Positions 1 to 11,149 are shown, counted from the first letter of the stretch. The stretch: 64,000 nucleotides of DNA from Clostridium thermobutyricum (GCA_016841565.1 JAENYX010000003.1:14030-78029), one strand, 5' to 3'. Notes: a model not told the origin generated them from the sequence alone. Numbers and translations are program-made.

Positions 1-235
1 AAACCTGCGAGTCGGTTACCCCGGCTTTATCTATGTAGCTAAACAGCAGTTTTCTAAAGGAAGGTTTCTTATTGCTTTTAACGAAGCCTTCTATTTCTTT
101 TCGTTCAATATCTTCATATACAACTGCTCCTGAAACTGTCTTTTTAAAAAAATGCTCCTCGCAAGTAAGTTTAGGAGAAGCAAGGTGCTTATCCACATAT
201 TCCTGCAATTCGAAAAAAAACTCTTTTGGAAGCAT
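1..235 (-). CDS. hypothetical protein, N-terminal part only (MLPKEFFFELQEYVDKHLASPK...SFRKLLFSYIDKAGVTDSQV); the gene continues past the window start
   Basis: ATG at 235-233 on the minus strand, with an AAGGGGG RBS 8 nt upstream. The frame is open to the window edge. It is absent from the ORF track only because it runs off the edge. Confidence 0.4.
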   Translation of the reverse strand, partial: MLPKEFFFELQEYVDKHLASPKLTCEEHFFKKTVSGAVVYEDIERKEIEGFVKSNKKPSFRKLLFSYIDKAGVTDSQV

Positions 236-337
236 TTAGACATACCCCCTTTATGTAAATGTCGCTGTTCAGGCGACCATATATAGTCCCATTATTATTA
301 CAATTGTATCATAATTAAAAGTGAAAGGATGATACAA

Positions 338-922
338 ATGGGTTCCAATCTAACAGAAATCGTTTTTCTTCTGGATAGGAGCGGTTCAATGGGGGGACTT
401 GAAAGTGATACAATAGGAGGTTTCAATGCATTTATTGAAAAACAAAGACAGATGGACGGCAGAATAATCGTCACCACTGCTCTCTTTGACCACGAATATG
501 AGCTGCTGTGGAACGGCATCAGTGCGGAGAATGCAAGGCTCACTGATAAGGAGTACTATGTAAGGGGGGCTACAGCACTCCTTGACGCGGTTGGAAAAAC
601 CATACTTGATGTGGGAAGAAGGCTTTCGGCTTTGCCGGAGGAGGAACGACCCGACAAAGTAATATTCGTAATAACAACGGATGGAATGGAGAATGCGAGC
701 AGAGAGTTTACACATAAGAAAGTAAAGGAGTTATTAAAGCATCAACAGGAGAGATATAACTGGGAGTTCATATTTCTTGGCGCAAATATTGACGCCGTAA
801 AGGAAGCGGGTAACATAGGCATAAGAAGGGGAGATGCATTTGATTTTCGGGCATCCCCAAAGGGTGTTGCAGCGATGTTTTGTGTGGTCTGTGAAGAGGT
901 AACCAAAAAAAGATATAAATAG
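338..922 (+). CDS. von Willebrand factor type A (vWA) domain protein
   Basis: Read from the translation: a MIDAS-like DxSxS motif (LLDRSGSMGG) and a later TTDGxxN motif. ATG 338 has an AAAGGA RBS 8 nt upstream; the ATG at 329 abuts the RBS and is less likely. Confidence 0.65.
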   Translation: MGSNLTEIVFLLDRSGSMGGLESDTIGGFNAFIEKQRQMDGRIIVTTALFDHEYELLWNGISAENARLTDKEYYVRGATALLDAVGKTILDVGRRLSALPEEERPDKVIFVITTDGMENASREFTHKKVKELLKHQQERYNWEFIFLGANIDAVKEAGNIGIRRGDAFDFRASPKGVAAMFCVVCEEVTKKRYK

Positions 923-1445
923 CAGCTAATACAGAAATTATTTTTCCAATCAACGTTTGAAGACTGACCTAACCGCTCAACCCCTTAAAAATACTGCCAG
1001 TAACCGAGCAGGATATCAGTGACGCCTAACCCGGATTATAGACTTAGTCGCTGATAAATGAACACGTTGACAAGGCGTGTTTATTATATTCGGTTGATGA
1101 GTGGCATAAGCCGCTTTGCCGGAGACCCGTTTGGGCTGATTTTACGAGCTTTTTCCAACCAGCAAAAACCACAAGTCCCGGTGACTGTCCGACTTGTACC
1201 GGAATTACCGGCCGGTTTACAGTGGAGACGCAGTTATTCCGCCGTAAAATCCAGAAGCACATGCTAATTTCTAGATATATTTAGAGGAAAGTATAAAGAA
1301 ATATAGAATTCTAAAATGTTGAGAAGGTTATGACCGCTTGCTACAGCGACGGCATTTGTCCCGTGATATTCAGTTTGCAAAGAAGCGGCAAAGAATAATC
1401 CGAAATACCATTAACCCCAAACGATGGAGAAAGGGACGCAGTATT

Positions 1446-2699
1446 ATGAAACGACTCATATTTCATGTTGATGTAAACAGCGCCTACCTTTCCTGGGAGG
1501 CGGCAAGGCGCGTTGCCGAAGGTCACGAGGATATCCGGCTAATCCCCTCTGCCATTGGCGGCGACAAAGAGAAGCGAACAGGTGTCATTCTGGCAAAGTC
1601 CATTCCGGCGAAGAAATTCGGAATCAGGACCGGCGAACCGGTTGCAATGGCCCTGCGGAAATGCCCCAATCTTTTTCTTGCCAAGCCGGATTTCCGCTTA
1701 TATGAGAAAAGCTCCCAAGCCTTCATGAATGTTTGCCGGAAATATGCGCCGGTTGTCGAGAAGTATTCCATCGACGAGTGCTTTCTGGACATGAGCGGCA
1801 CGGGACAGATCTATCCCGACCCTGTTTTAATTGCCGAGAGAATAAAAGGTGAAATCCGCGATACATTGAACTTTACGGTTAACATCGGTATTGGTCCGAA
1901 TAAGCTGCTTGCTAAGATGGCAAGCGACTTCGAAAAGCCCGATAAAATACATACTCTGTTTTCCGGGGAAGTTGAAGCCAAGCTCTGGCCGCTACCTGTC
2001 CGGGAGCTGTTCACCGTGGGGCAGGCGACAGCCGAGCGTCTGAAGAAAGCATGTATCTGCACCATAGAAGACTTGGCAAAGACGGAGCTGCAAAGAGTGC
2101 AATCGTTAGTCGGTGTGAAGCTCGGAAGGCAGATACATGATTATGCTAACGGGATTGACCACTCTCCCGTTTTGTCCCAGGCGGAGGACGCAAAGGGGTA
2201 TAGCAACTCAACAACACTGGAAGAAGACGTCAAGACAACCGAAGAGGCATACAGGATTCTTCTTGCTTTAGCCGATAGCGTGGCATCGCGGATGAGGGCT
2301 GATGGGGCTAAAGCTTTCTGCATTTCTGTTACCATTCGGGGCAATGACTTCAAGAACAAATCCCGTCAAAAGAAATTGAGTGGGCCGACTGATATAACCT
2401 CGGAGATTTATGATGTCTCAAAAAAACTTTTCTCGGAGCTTTGGGACAGGCGGACACCACTACGGCTGCTCGGCATCTCTCTTTCCCATCTCACCCGGGA
2501 TGGATACGTGCAGCAGTCCCTCTTCCCCGATGAGGAGAAGGAACGGGAAAAGAAGCTGGATAAAGCGATTGACAGCATCCGCAGTAAGTTTGGATCCGAA
2601 ACCATTGTGCGTGGCTCTGTATTTCAATCGGGAACGGATGTCGGCAGAAAGTATAAAGCGCAGATGGAAAGCATAAAAGACAAAAACAACATGAGGTGA
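1446..2699 (+). CDS. Y-family DNA polymerase (DinB/UmuC/PolY-like translesion polymerase)
   Basis: N-terminus MKRLIFHVDVNSAYLSWEA...IDECFLDMSG carries the Y-family catalytic motifs (DxD...SIDE). ATG 1446 follows a GGAGAAAGGGA RBS; the TTG at 1338 in the track is an upstream extension. Confidence 0.85.
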   Translation: MKRLIFHVDVNSAYLSWEAARRVAEGHEDIRLIPSAIGGDKEKRTGVILAKSIPAKKFGIRTGEPVAMALRKCPNLFLAKPDFRLYEKSSQAFMNVCRKYAPVVEKYSIDECFLDMSGTGQIYPDPVLIAERIKGEIRDTLNFTVNIGIGPNKLLAKMASDFEKPDKIHTLFSGEVEAKLWPLPVRELFTVGQATAERLKKACICTIEDLAKTELQRVQSLVGVKLGRQIHDYANGIDHSPVLSQAEDAKGYSNSTTLEEDVKTTEEAYRILLALADSVASRMRADGAKAFCISVTIRGNDFKNKSRQKKLSGPTDITSEIYDVSKKLFSELWDRRTPLRLLGISLSHLTRDGYVQQSLFPDEEKEREKKLDKAIDSIRSKFGSETIVRGSVFQSGTDVGRKYKAQMESIKDKNNMR

Positions 2700-2703
2700 T
2701 ACT

Positions 2704-3345
2704 TTGTATTTTGAATACGGAACCGAGGCAACCGAAAGCTTAAAAAAGAGGGACAGGCTTCTTGGCGAGGCCATAAATAAAATCGGGCATATCAATCGGG
2801 AGGTCGACAGTGATTTGTTCTCCTCGGTTGTGCATCATATCATCAGCCAGCAGATTTCATCCACTGCGCAGGCAACGGTTTGGAAACGTGTGTCGGATAA
2901 GCTTGGGGCGGTAAAGGCAGACACGGTTTGTCTCTGCTCCCGTGAGGAATTGCAAAGCTGCGGCATGACTTTTAAGAAAGCTGATTACATTAAAGAATTC
3001 GCAGCAAAAGTAAAGAGCGGGCAATTTGATATTGAATCCCTCTACGACATGTCGGACGAGGATGTCATCCGGGAGTTGTCGTCACTAAACGGTATTGGCG
3101 TATGGACTGCAGAAATGATAATGACTTTCTGCATGCAGCGGCCTGACATCGTGAGCTATGGCGATCTTGCAATCCATCGTGGAATGCGGATGCTGTACCA
3201 TCATCGTAAAATTGATAAAAAACTCTTCGCCAAATATGCCCGGCGGTATTCGCCCTATGGTACGGTTGCAAGCCTGTATCTTTGGGCTATCGCGGGCGGT
3301 GCAATTCCCGAAATGCGGGATTATGCACCAAAGAAGCAGAAATAA
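2704..3345 (+). CDS. DNA-3-methyladenine glycosylase II family protein (HhH-GPD, AlkA-like)
   Basis: Helix-hairpin-helix signature LNGIGVWTAEMIM and the conserved C-terminal region of small AlkA/Mag-like glycosylases. It starts 5 nt after the polymerase stop (TTG start, GAGGTGA RBS), so it is probably co-transcribed. Confidence 0.7.
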   Translation: MYFEYGTEATESLKKRDRLLGEAINKIGHINREVDSDLFSSVVHHIISQQISSTAQATVWKRVSDKLGAVKADTVCLCSREELQSCGMTFKKADYIKEFAAKVKSGQFDIESLYDMSDEDVIRELSSLNGIGVWTAEMIMTFCMQRPDIVSYGDLAIHRGMRMLYHHRKIDKKLFAKYARRYSPYGTVASLYLWAIAGGAIPEMRDYAPKKQK

Positions 3346-3588
3346 CAACGTGGCGTAAGCGGCAGCGTTAATGAAAGGCAGCAAAGAAAAAAGCAGAGTC
3401 AACGCACTGGAACGCTTATTTAAGCTGGAAAGGCTTAAGTTCAAGCTGCGGGAGCAGTTGAGAAGTGTCTCACGACTTTTGTTTTTGGAGTAAAAGGAAG
3501 GGTTGCTTTCTTGGTGTGTTTTAAGAGAATATTCGGTCTTCCCATGATTGAAAAGCAGAAAAGCGATATTGAGGTTTGATGATAGGTT

Positions 3589-4512
3589 TTACAATATTAT
3601 TCTTAGTAATAAAGTCACTGTAATTAAAGAAAACAGCGTAGTGACAGACACAATGACTGCTGCATAATCTTTATCCTTATCAAAACTTTCTGCCAGTATG
3701 GAAGTCATAGCGGCGGATGGCATGGCCGTCATGATCACAACTGAATTTATAGCTTTGGATACTTCTCCTGTCAGCAATGAGAGCATATAAACAATGAAAG
3801 GTATAACGATTAATTTGGTAGTTACGCCATAATATATCGTCCAATCTTTTATGTAATTTTTCATTTTTACATCTGAGAGTATAACGCCGATAATGATCAT
3901 TGATAACGGACCGGTGATATTTCCGATACTTCTTATGCTGGATAACATCGCACCCGGTAATTGAATATCATAAATCATGATGATGATGCCTGCACAAACT
4001 GCTAGAATAGACGGATTCAGAAGGACTTTTTTCAATTCTGCCTTTAATTCTTTTTTTTCAAAATTGCCTCTATACAAAAAAATTCCGTATGTCCAGACAA
4101 ATATGACGAAAAACATGTTGAATATCGACCCATATACAATACCCTCAGCACCATATATGGAATTCAGTATGGGGAACCCCACATAACCTGTATTGGTAAA
4201 CACATTGGCAAAATGCAGTATTGTTTTTTTATCATTTTTTACTGGCAGGAGAAGAAGGTATGAAACAATGATCACTATTATGTAAGCTGCAATGCTATAA
4301 AAAAATGTTTTCATAACATTAGATTTTATAGCATCATCATAAGTAAAGATAAAAGAAGAAAGAATCAGAAAAGGCAGTGCAATCCGTATAAGAATGTCTA
4401 TTAATCCTTTATTTATTTGTGCAGTGATGATTTTTTTCCGGGCACCATATACTCCTACCAGTATAATGATAAATAATGAGACAATACTTTCGATTATAAC
4501 TGAAAGTCCCAT
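3589..4512 (-). CDS. AEC (auxin efflux carrier) family transporter / malate-permease-like membrane protein
   Basis: About 10 predicted TM helices across 307 aa, with sequence character typical of AEC-family permeases. Confidence 0.75.
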   Translation of the reverse strand: MGLSVIIESIVSLFIIILVGVYGARKKIITAQINKGLIDILIRIALPFLILSSFIFTYDDAIKSNVMKTFFYSIAAYIIVIIVSYLLLLPVKNDKKTILHFANVFTNTGYVGFPILNSIYGAEGIVYGSIFNMFFVIFVWTYGIFLYRGNFEKKELKAELKKVLLNPSILAVCAGIIIMIYDIQLPGAMLSSIRSIGNITGPLSMIIIGVILSDVKMKNYIKDWTIYYGVTTKLIVIPFIVYMLSLLTGEVSKAINSVVIMTAMPSAAMTSILAESFDKDKDYAAVIVSVTTLFSLITVTLLLRIIL

Positions 4513-4962
4513 AAGGCCACCTCCTCTTAATTATATATAACGCATTTAAAACCTTACATTTCCTAGTGTGTCAAATTCTTCGGGCTTGGCCCTCTTAAAC
4601 GACAGATAAAGGAATGTAATACTATTAGTACGTTGTATATAGATACTACCAGTTTTATGCCGGGATTGTTTTAATTGTTACGAGATTGAGAAAGGTGATG
4701 GGGCAGAAGATGTGTTCTACAAATAGCGACGATTGTTTAAATTATGTCATTAACAGCAAGGGCTTGGGCGGGGGTAGGCAACACAGATTATTAGCATGTC
4801 GAATATACATGAATATTGTAAAAATAAAGGGGTTTATGTGGTTTTGTAGAAATATAAATAATAACCGGCACGAATAAATACACACGAAAAAGAGACAGGC
4901 GTTAGATTTTTTATAAGTAATCTACCGGTAAACGATACAATGTAATGGGGAGGTAATTGGGC

Positions 4963-6930
4963 ATGTCCAAAATAGTATTAATTGCAACCAGCGAAAAAAT
5001 GGCCCAATACGGATATGAAATTAAGAATAAACTACATAACCCGGATGAATTTGAAATATTGGTAGGTTCTATGGACAAAGCTGTTGCTATTGCACGAAGC
5101 CTGAAGGTTTCCGAAGTTGATGTCATAATTTCCAGGGGCACGACCGCAAATATGATTGCCAAAGCTAAAATTGGCATACCTATCATTGAAATACCGGTTT
5201 CGGATGAGGAGATAGTGCGCGTAATTAATGCTGCAAAGGAAATAACCGGCAAAGACAAACCGGTTGTCGGATATATTGGTTTTAATAGAACATATGAAGA
5301 TGTCAGAGTATTTCTGGAGGCTATAGATATAAAAATCCACAAATACGAGGTGCGCAGTGAAAGAGAGATCAGGGAAACCCTGAAGAGGATAAAAAATAGT
5401 GTTGATGTTATAATCGGAGGGTCTTCAACATATACTGCCGCCGGGGAAATGGGATTGAAATGCATTCTTTTGGAAACGTCCCAGGTTTCAATAAATAATA
5501 CATTGAAAAATGCAAGAGAGCTGCAAAGGGCAATAAAGCATGAAAAAAAAGAATTAGCCGAAAAGAATATCATTATTAATTCCGTAAGAGACATTATTAT
5601 AAGCGTAGATGCCGCAGGTAATATTGTAATGTTTAATACCTCGGCGGAAAACGCCACCGGCTATAAAGCAAAAGATGTGTTATCAAAATGCACCTATAAA
5701 ATTTTCGACTTCATAGACAAAGATATCATCGACCTGGCGTTATCTGATGATGACAGTATTTCAGGCAGAATTGTAGAGCTGAATGGTAAAAAGTTTGCAA
5801 TGAATCTATACCCTATTACTACAAAAAAGGATAAATTCGGGGTTGTAATTACCATGCAGGGAGTTGAAGAATTACAAAGCATTGAAGCGACTGTAAGAAA
5901 GGGCCTTTACCCGAAGGGGAATACTGCAAAATATAATTTTAAGGATATTCTTGGCCAATCAAAAGAAATCAAAGAAACCATACAGATAGGCAAGAGCTTT
6001 GCCAATATGAAGTCCAATGTGCTTATTATTGGAGAAACAGGTACAGGCAAAGAGTTATTTGCCCAAAGTATTCACAATGCGAGCGAAAGAAGAAACGGTC
6101 CCTTTATCGCGGTAAACTGCGGGGCAATCCCAAAGGAACTTATGGAGAGTGAACTGTTCGGCTACGTTGAAGGCTCATTTTCGGGGGCCAGAAAAGGAGG
6201 GAAAATAGGGCTTTTCGAACTGGCTCACAATGGCACTATTTTTTTGGACGAGATATCGGAATTGGACAATAGTGGCCAGGTAAGGCTTTTGAGGGTTATA
6301 CAGGAAAGTCAGGTAAGACGTATCGGCGGTGCTTCCGTAATTCCCATTAATGTAAGGATTATTGCGGCTTCCAATACCAACCTGAATAAAATGGTGAAAA
6401 CAAATGCTTTCAGAAAGGACCTGTTTTACAGGCTGAATGTTTTGATACTCAATATTCCTGCTTTGAGAAACAGGAACGGGGATATATCATACTTAACCGA
6501 ATGTTTCATAGACAAATATAACAAGGTATTTAATAAGAAATTCAAGATGCTGCCCGAAGCCCTGGACGAAATGGAGAAGTTTGCCTGGGACGGCAATGTA
6601 AGGCAACTGGAAAACTTTTGCGAGAGGATTGTTGCTATTACAAATAAAGACTTGATAGACAGAGCTACCATAAGAAGGCAAATTCATGACAGTTTCTATT
6701 TTCTTGAGGATTCAGGCAGCGATGGCTTAACCATGGAATCATATGGAGAAACCGTTCGCAATGAAAATGCAAATCAGAAAATTCTACTGGGCGGTAAAAC
6801 AATCTGCTGCAGTGATATAGCAAATCTTTTAAAAACGTATAATGGCAATAAAAGCAGGGTGGCAAAAGAGCTGCAAATAAGCAGAACCACACTGCTAAAA
6901 TACATTAAACTACTAAATCTTGATGCATAG
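4963..6930 (+). CDS. sigma-54-dependent transcriptional activator with a PrpR-type N-terminal sensor domain, a PAS domain, an AAA+ sigma-54 interaction domain and a C-terminal HTH
   Basis: The N-terminal ~190 aa resemble the propionate-regulator (PrpR_N) fold (ISRGTTANMIAK...IIGGSSTYTAAGEMGL). The AAA+ domain has GETGTGKE (Walker A) and the GAFTGA-like loop ESELFGYVEGSFSGA. ATG 4963 follows a GGGGAGG RBS. Confidence 0.85.
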   Translation: MSKIVLIATSEKMAQYGYEIKNKLHNPDEFEILVGSMDKAVAIARSLKVSEVDVIISRGTTANMIAKAKIGIPIIEIPVSDEEIVRVINAAKEITGKDKPVVGYIGFNRTYEDVRVFLEAIDIKIHKYEVRSEREIRETLKRIKNSVDVIIGGSSTYTAAGEMGLKCILLETSQVSINNTLKNARELQRAIKHEKKELAEKNIIINSVRDIIISVDAAGNIVMFNTSAENATGYKAKDVLSKCTYKIFDFIDKDIIDLALSDDDSISGRIVELNGKKFAMNLYPITTKKDKFGVVITMQGVEELQSIEATVRKGLYPKGNTAKYNFKDILGQSKEIKETIQIGKSFANMKSNVLIIGETGTGKELFAQSIHNASERRNGPFIAVNCGAIPKELMESELFGYVEGSFSGARKGGKIGLFELAHNGTIFLDEISELDNSGQVRLLRVIQESQVRRIGGASVIPINVRIIAASNTNLNKMVKTNAFRKDLFYRLNVLILNIPALRNRNGDISYLTECFIDKYNKVFNKKFKMLPEALDEMEKFAWDGNVRQLENFCERIVAITNKDLIDRATIRRQIHDSFYFLEDSGSDGLTMESYGETVRNENANQKILLGGKTICCSDIANLLKTYNGNKSRVAKELQISRTTLLKYIKLLNLDA

Positions 6931-7229
6931 AAAGCATTGATATATTGTGAAACATATAGGCTTAACGGTTTGAGCATAACTTATTAAGGAGTGGAACTAA
7001 TATCTACTCTTTTTTATATTCTTGTTTTTGCCTATGACGACAAAAAAAACGGCCAGGCAATGTACAAAAAAATATACATGGTTGTACATGTTGTCCAAAT
7101 AGGTGAACATGTCAATGTATATAGCTTTAGTATTAGATAACCCCGGAAAAATATCAGTATAAAGCTCTCCCTGAGATGGCAAGGGCCGGCAACCGGTAAA
7201 TATATTTACCCGGGACACCATGAAGACAT

Positions 7230-7245
7230 TGGTATCGTTATTGCA
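7230..7245 (+). promoter_or_regulatory. candidate sigma-54 (-24/-12) promoter: TGGTAT-N5-TTGCA
   Basis: GG (7231-7232) and GC (7243-7244) sit at the canonical 11-nt offset, ~110 nt upstream of the first operon gene (7355) and directly downstream of a sigma-54 activator gene. A near-palindrome CCGGTAAATATATTTACCCGG lies at 7193-7213. Confidence 0.55.
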
Positions 7246-7354
7246 TATTAAAGAAATGACATGACGGTTAAGCACACAATTCATTAGTTGGATATAGTTG
7301 GCCGGCCATGGACTATCAAGAATATAAGTTTAGTGAAAAAGGAGTGTTGATGGC

Positions 7355-8236
7355 ATGAAAATTGGCTTCATCGGACTAGGCCAGATGGGAAAGCATATGG
7401 CAATGAATATGATTAAGAGCAAAGCAGAGATTGTTGTAAATGATGTTAGAACAGACAGTTTCGCAGAGTTTGAAAAAGCAGGAGCCAAAGCGACCTCCAG
7501 CCTTAGGGAGGTTGCCGGGAATGAACTAATTTTTCTCAGCCTGCCCAACAGCCAGATTGTAGAAAAAGTGGTACTGGGCAAAGATGGGATAATAAATGAT
7601 TTGAAAAAAGGGCAGACCGTTGTGGACCTAAGTACCATTACATACAACACCACAACAGAAATTGCCGACAGGCTGCGTGCGGTAGGGGTTGATTTTATGG
7701 ATGCACCGGTATCCGGCATGGAAGCAAGGGCAGCAGACGGAACCCTTACGGTAATGTGCGGCGGCAAAAAAGAAGTATTTGAAAGAGTAAAGCCGTTTCT
7801 GGAGTATATAGGCAACAAAATACTCTATATGGGAGAAAACGGCAGCGGACAATTGACCAAATTAATCAATCAGTTATTATTCGACATAAATGTAGCAGCC
7901 CTTGCCGAAATTTTACCGATGTCGGTTAAAATGGGGCTTGACCCGGGCAAAATTGAACAGGTGGTTAACAGTGGAACGGGCAGGAGTTATGCTTCGGAGT
8001 TCTTCATACCGCGTATTAAAAAGGGAGATTTTACCCAGGGTTATTCAATGAATAACGCATACAAGGATTTGGTGAGTGCTGCGGAACTATCTGCAAAGCA
8101 CGGTATTCCGATGCCGGTGCTGCATGCAGCGACAGTCACCTATCAGATGGCTCTTTTAAAAGGATACGGAGACAAAGATAAGGGAGCAATGATTAGGGTT
8201 TTTGAAGATTTGCTGGATGCTTCCTTTAGAAGCTAA
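7355..8236 (+). CDS. NAD(P)-dependent 3-hydroxyacid dehydrogenase, HIBADH family (tartronate-semialdehyde reductase / 3-hydroxyisobutyrate dehydrogenase-like)
   Basis: N-terminal Rossmann motif MKIGFIGLGQMGKHMA and a 6-phosphogluconate-dehydrogenase-like NAD-binding fold. AAAGGAG RBS. Confidence 0.8.
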   Translation: MKIGFIGLGQMGKHMAMNMIKSKAEIVVNDVRTDSFAEFEKAGAKATSSLREVAGNELIFLSLPNSQIVEKVVLGKDGIINDLKKGQTVVDLSTITYNTTTEIADRLRAVGVDFMDAPVSGMEARAADGTLTVMCGGKKEVFERVKPFLEYIGNKILYMGENGSGQLTKLINQLLFDINVAALAEILPMSVKMGLDPGKIEQVVNSGTGRSYASEFFIPRIKKGDFTQGYSMNNAYKDLVSAAELSAKHGIPMPVLHAATVTYQMALLKGYGDKDKGAMIRVFEDLLDASFRS

Positions 8237-8272
8237 AACAAATACGCAGAGATTGGATGGAGGGCTGTCAAA

Positions 8273-9922
8273 GTGACTAACAGTAAGACAGAAATGATTA
8301 CCGAAGCTTATTACATGGGGTTAATGAGTGCGGTGGGTTATCGCAAAAAGGATTTACAGAAACCAATTATAGGAGTGGTCAATTCCTGGAATGATATTAA
8401 TCCTGGTCATAAGCCGCTTGCCCAGTTGGCAGGCTATGTAAAAGAAGGAATTTGGGCAAATGGAGGTACCCCCGCCGAGTTTGTTGTCCCCGCTCCCTGT
8501 GATGGAATTGCCCAGGGCGAAGGTATGCACTATATACTGCCCCAGAGAGATTTGATTGCCGTATCGATTGAAGCAATGGTAAAGTCCAACGGGTTTGACG
8601 GGCTGGTTTTTCTAGGTTCGTGCGATAAAATCATCCCCGGCATGTTAATGGCAGCAGCCCGGCTCAATCTGCCGTCTATTTTCCTGACGGCCGGTACAAT
8701 GCTTCCTTACAAAGAGCGCAATAAGGAGTACGTCACATGCGACCTTAAAGAGGCAATAGGCAAGCGCAATAATGAGGAGATTGACGAAAATACATTCGAA
8801 CACTGGAAAAAGTATATGTGTTTCTCGGAAGGAACATGCTCCATGTATGGTACGGCGAATACCATGGGGGCATTTCTGGAGGCCACGGGGGTTGCACCTT
8901 TTGGGACATCAACAATGCTGTTTTGTGAAGCCGACAAGGTGAGACAGGCACGGGAAACGGGGGAACGCATAGTTGACCTTGTCCGGGAAGGAAGGGTGTT
9001 TTCCGATTTCCTCAATGATGCTTCTCTAAAAAATGGGATTCGCCTTATATCTGCCACAGGCGGTTCAACAAACGCTGTATTACATATTATGGCACTTTCC
9101 CAGGCAATGAAGTCCAAATTAACTCTAAAAGAGTTTGATGAAATCCAGGCATCGGTTCCGGTTATTGCTAAATTCAAACCGTCATCGGATTATAATATCA
9201 GTGACTATCATCAGGCCGGCGGGGTGCCTGCTGTCCTGCATACAATCAGGGAATTCCTTAATACCGATACCACCCTTGTTACCGGCGGAAACCTCGGATC
9301 ATATCTGGATAATTATAAGTATACGATAGACAGAAACGTGATCAGCTCTATTGAGAATGCATACGAAGAAAACGGCTGTTTTTCAATCCTATATGGGAAT
9401 CTGGCACCGAATGGAGCGGTTGTAAAGAAAAGTGGGGTAGCCGTTGAGATGCGCCGGCATGTAGGACCCGCCGTTGTCTTTGATTCAGAGGAAGAGGTTC
9501 GCGAGTATCTCCTGAAAAAAACGGTTGAACCGGGTTCGGTTCTTGTAATCCGGTATGAAGGACCCAAGGGCGGGCCAGGCATGAGGGAATTGTCAATTCC
9601 AGCCGCTATGCTAGTAGGTATGGGACTGCATAAGTCTGTTGCGATGATTACGGATGGGCGTTTTTCCGGAGCTACAAGGGGTCCCTGTGTTGGACATATT
9701 GCGCCGGAAGCGTGGGAGGGAGGTCCGATTGCCGTTGTCAAGAATGGTGATCTGATTGAAATAGATTTGGAAAACAAAAAACTGGAACTGAAAGTTCCGG
9801 CGGGCGAAATCGAGGAGCGGAAAAAAGGGATTATAAAACCCGAAAGACATTACCCGGGTATCCTTTCTACATACCAGCAAGGAGTAAAGGGAGCTGATAA
9901 AGGAGCCCCGTGGTTTTACTAA
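8273..9922 (+). CDS. IlvD/EDD family dehydratase (dihydroxy-acid / sugar-acid dehydratase)
   Basis: Fe-S cluster motif [10 protein letters not shown]...[14 protein letters not shown] and the C-terminal [19 protein letters not shown] signature of the family. GTG start with a GGATGGAGGG RBS. Confidence 0.85.
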   Translation: MTNSKTEMITEAYYMGLMSAVGYRKKDLQKPIIGVVNSWNDINPGHKPLAQLAGYVKEGIWANGGTPAEFVVPAPCDGIAQGEGMHYILPQRDLIAVSIEAMVKSNGFDGLVFLGSCDKIIPGMLMAAARLNLPSIFLTAGTMLPYKERNKEYVTCDLKEAIGKRNNEEIDENTFEHWKKYMCFSEGTCSMYGTANTMGAFLEATGVAPFGTSTMLFCEADKVRQARETGERIVDLVREGRVFSDFLNDASLKNGIRLISATGGSTNAVLHIMALSQAMKSKLTLKEFDEIQASVPVIAKFKPSSDYNISDYHQAGGVPAVLHTIREFLNTDTTLVTGGNLGSYLDNYKYTIDRNVISSIENAYEENGCFSILYGNLAPNGAVVKKSGVAVEMRRHVGPAVVFDSEEEVREYLLKKTVEPGSVLVIRYEGPKGGPGMRELSIPAAMLVGMGLHKSVAMITDGRFSGATRGPCVGHIAPEAWEGGPIAVVKNGDLIEIDLENKKLELKVPAGEIEERKKGIIKPERHYPGILSTYQQGVKGADKGAPWFY

Positions 9923-10093
9923 ACAACAGAGAATTCAACTGTTGCATTCCGATAATAGACCAAATACAGATAGCTTAGGGTGCAGACTTTAGGCTTAAGG
10001 GGGTGAAAAAAGGGCTTTGAAGGTATAATAATTGGCTGTATTGCGAAGGTTCTCGGTTTAAGGACTTCTACTAAAATAAGAGGAGGTTTACAA

Positions 10094-11071
10094 ATGAAAA
10101 TTAAAGGTATTAAGACATCTTGTATTCTGGCGTTGGTTGCGGTTCTGGTTATTTCAATTGTTGGCTGTTCCCAGCCGGCGAATAACGCAGGTGCGCCCCG
10201 TACCAATTTTTCTGTAATGAGTGCCGCACCCGGAGGTAACTGGTATAATATGTCGGGAGGACTGGCCAGTCTGCTGACTGAAAAGATTGAAGGGGTTACC
10301 TTTTCCTTAGAAGCAACAGGCGGTTCGGTGGAAAATGCCCGTCGCTTAATAGCCAACGAATCGGATTTAGCTCCGATATACTCATCACACCTGTACGAAG
10401 CTTGCAAAGGCGGCGTGGGCGTGTCGGAAGGCCTGCCGTCCAGTGATGCTCCAACCGTATTGTGTCAGATATACGATAGTTCACACTATTTTGTGACATT
10501 AAAAGGGTCGGGTATTACATGTATGCAGGACCTGCAAGGGAAAACCGTGGCAGTGGGACCGGCGGGCTCGGGTACCACTGATAACTCCCTCCGCGTGCTG
10601 GACGTACTGGGTATTGAAGTGAATGAAGTTGAATGTTCCTATGGCGATGCTGCCAGGCAGCTTCAGGACGGTAAAATTGATGCCCTGGGTCAGGGAGGAC
10701 ATCCTGCAAGCGGAATAATGGAATTGGCTGCAACTCAGGATATTTTGATCATTCCTTTCAGCGACGAAGAGCTGGACCAGATTGTAGAGTTAGCTCCTTA
10801 CTTCTTTAAAGGGGAAATTCCTGCCGATACGTATAACGGCCAGGACCAAGCTGTTCCCGTGTTCTGCCTAAACGTTTACCTGGCTGCTCATAAGGATATG
10901 CCGGAAGACGTTGTTTATAGTATTCTGGAAGTACTGTTCAGTGAAGATGGTCAAGAATACTTATCCGCAGTTCATCCTCAGTGGGCAAACGTAAAGGACA
11001 ATCCGGAAGCGGTAAAAGCGCTGGAGGTACCGTACCATCCCGGAGCAGCAAAATACTGGGCAGAACATTAA
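10094..11071 (+). CDS. TAXI-family TRAP transporter solute-binding lipoprotein (copy 1)
   Basis: Lipoprotein signal ending at the lipobox IVGCS, then the TAXI (immunogenic-protein-like) SBP fold. It is followed by a fused TRAP permease. Confidence 0.8.
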   Translation: MKIKGIKTSCILALVAVLVISIVGCSQPANNAGAPRTNFSVMSAAPGGNWYNMSGGLASLLTEKIEGVTFSLEATGGSVENARRLIANESDLAPIYSSHLYEACKGGVGVSEGLPSSDAPTVLCQIYDSSHYFVTLKGSGITCMQDLQGKTVAVGPAGSGTTDNSLRVLDVLGIEVNEVECSYGDAARQLQDGKIDALGQGGHPASGIMELAATQDILIIPFSDEELDQIVELAPYFFKGEIPADTYNGQDQAVPVFCLNVYLAAHKDMPEDVVYSILEVLFSEDGQEYLSAVHPQWANVKDNPEAVKALEVPYHPGAAKYWAEH

Positions 11072-11149
11072 GACTAATATTCACTTGTGTGGTTCCGGGG
11101 AGAGCTGTCGGCTTTTCCCCGGGTACCATTATACTGAGGAGGTAAAAAA

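Noticed and set aside
1060-1071. GAACACGTTGAC as a LexA/Cheo box upstream of the Y-family polymerase
   Set aside because: Only the left half (GAAC) fits CGAAC-N4-GTTCG; the right half is TGAC. The match is insufficient.
1338-1445. Upstream in-frame extensions proposed by the ORF track (TTG 1338 for the polymerase; also TTG 4957, TTG 15735, TTG 59901, ATG 20782, ATG 21547, ATG 35020)
   Set aside because: Each has a better ATG or GTG with a GGAGG-type RBS further downstream, at the point where the conserved N-terminus of the family begins. The extensions lack RBSs.
4911-5657. Long antisense ORFs inside well-supported genes, for example 4911-5657(-), 27134-27823(-), 44600-45223(-), 52347-53117(-), 54227-54700(-) and 9313-9777(-)
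   Set aside because: They lie fully within strongly supported coding regions on the opposite strand, have low-complexity or atypical composition and no RBS. They are shadow ORFs.
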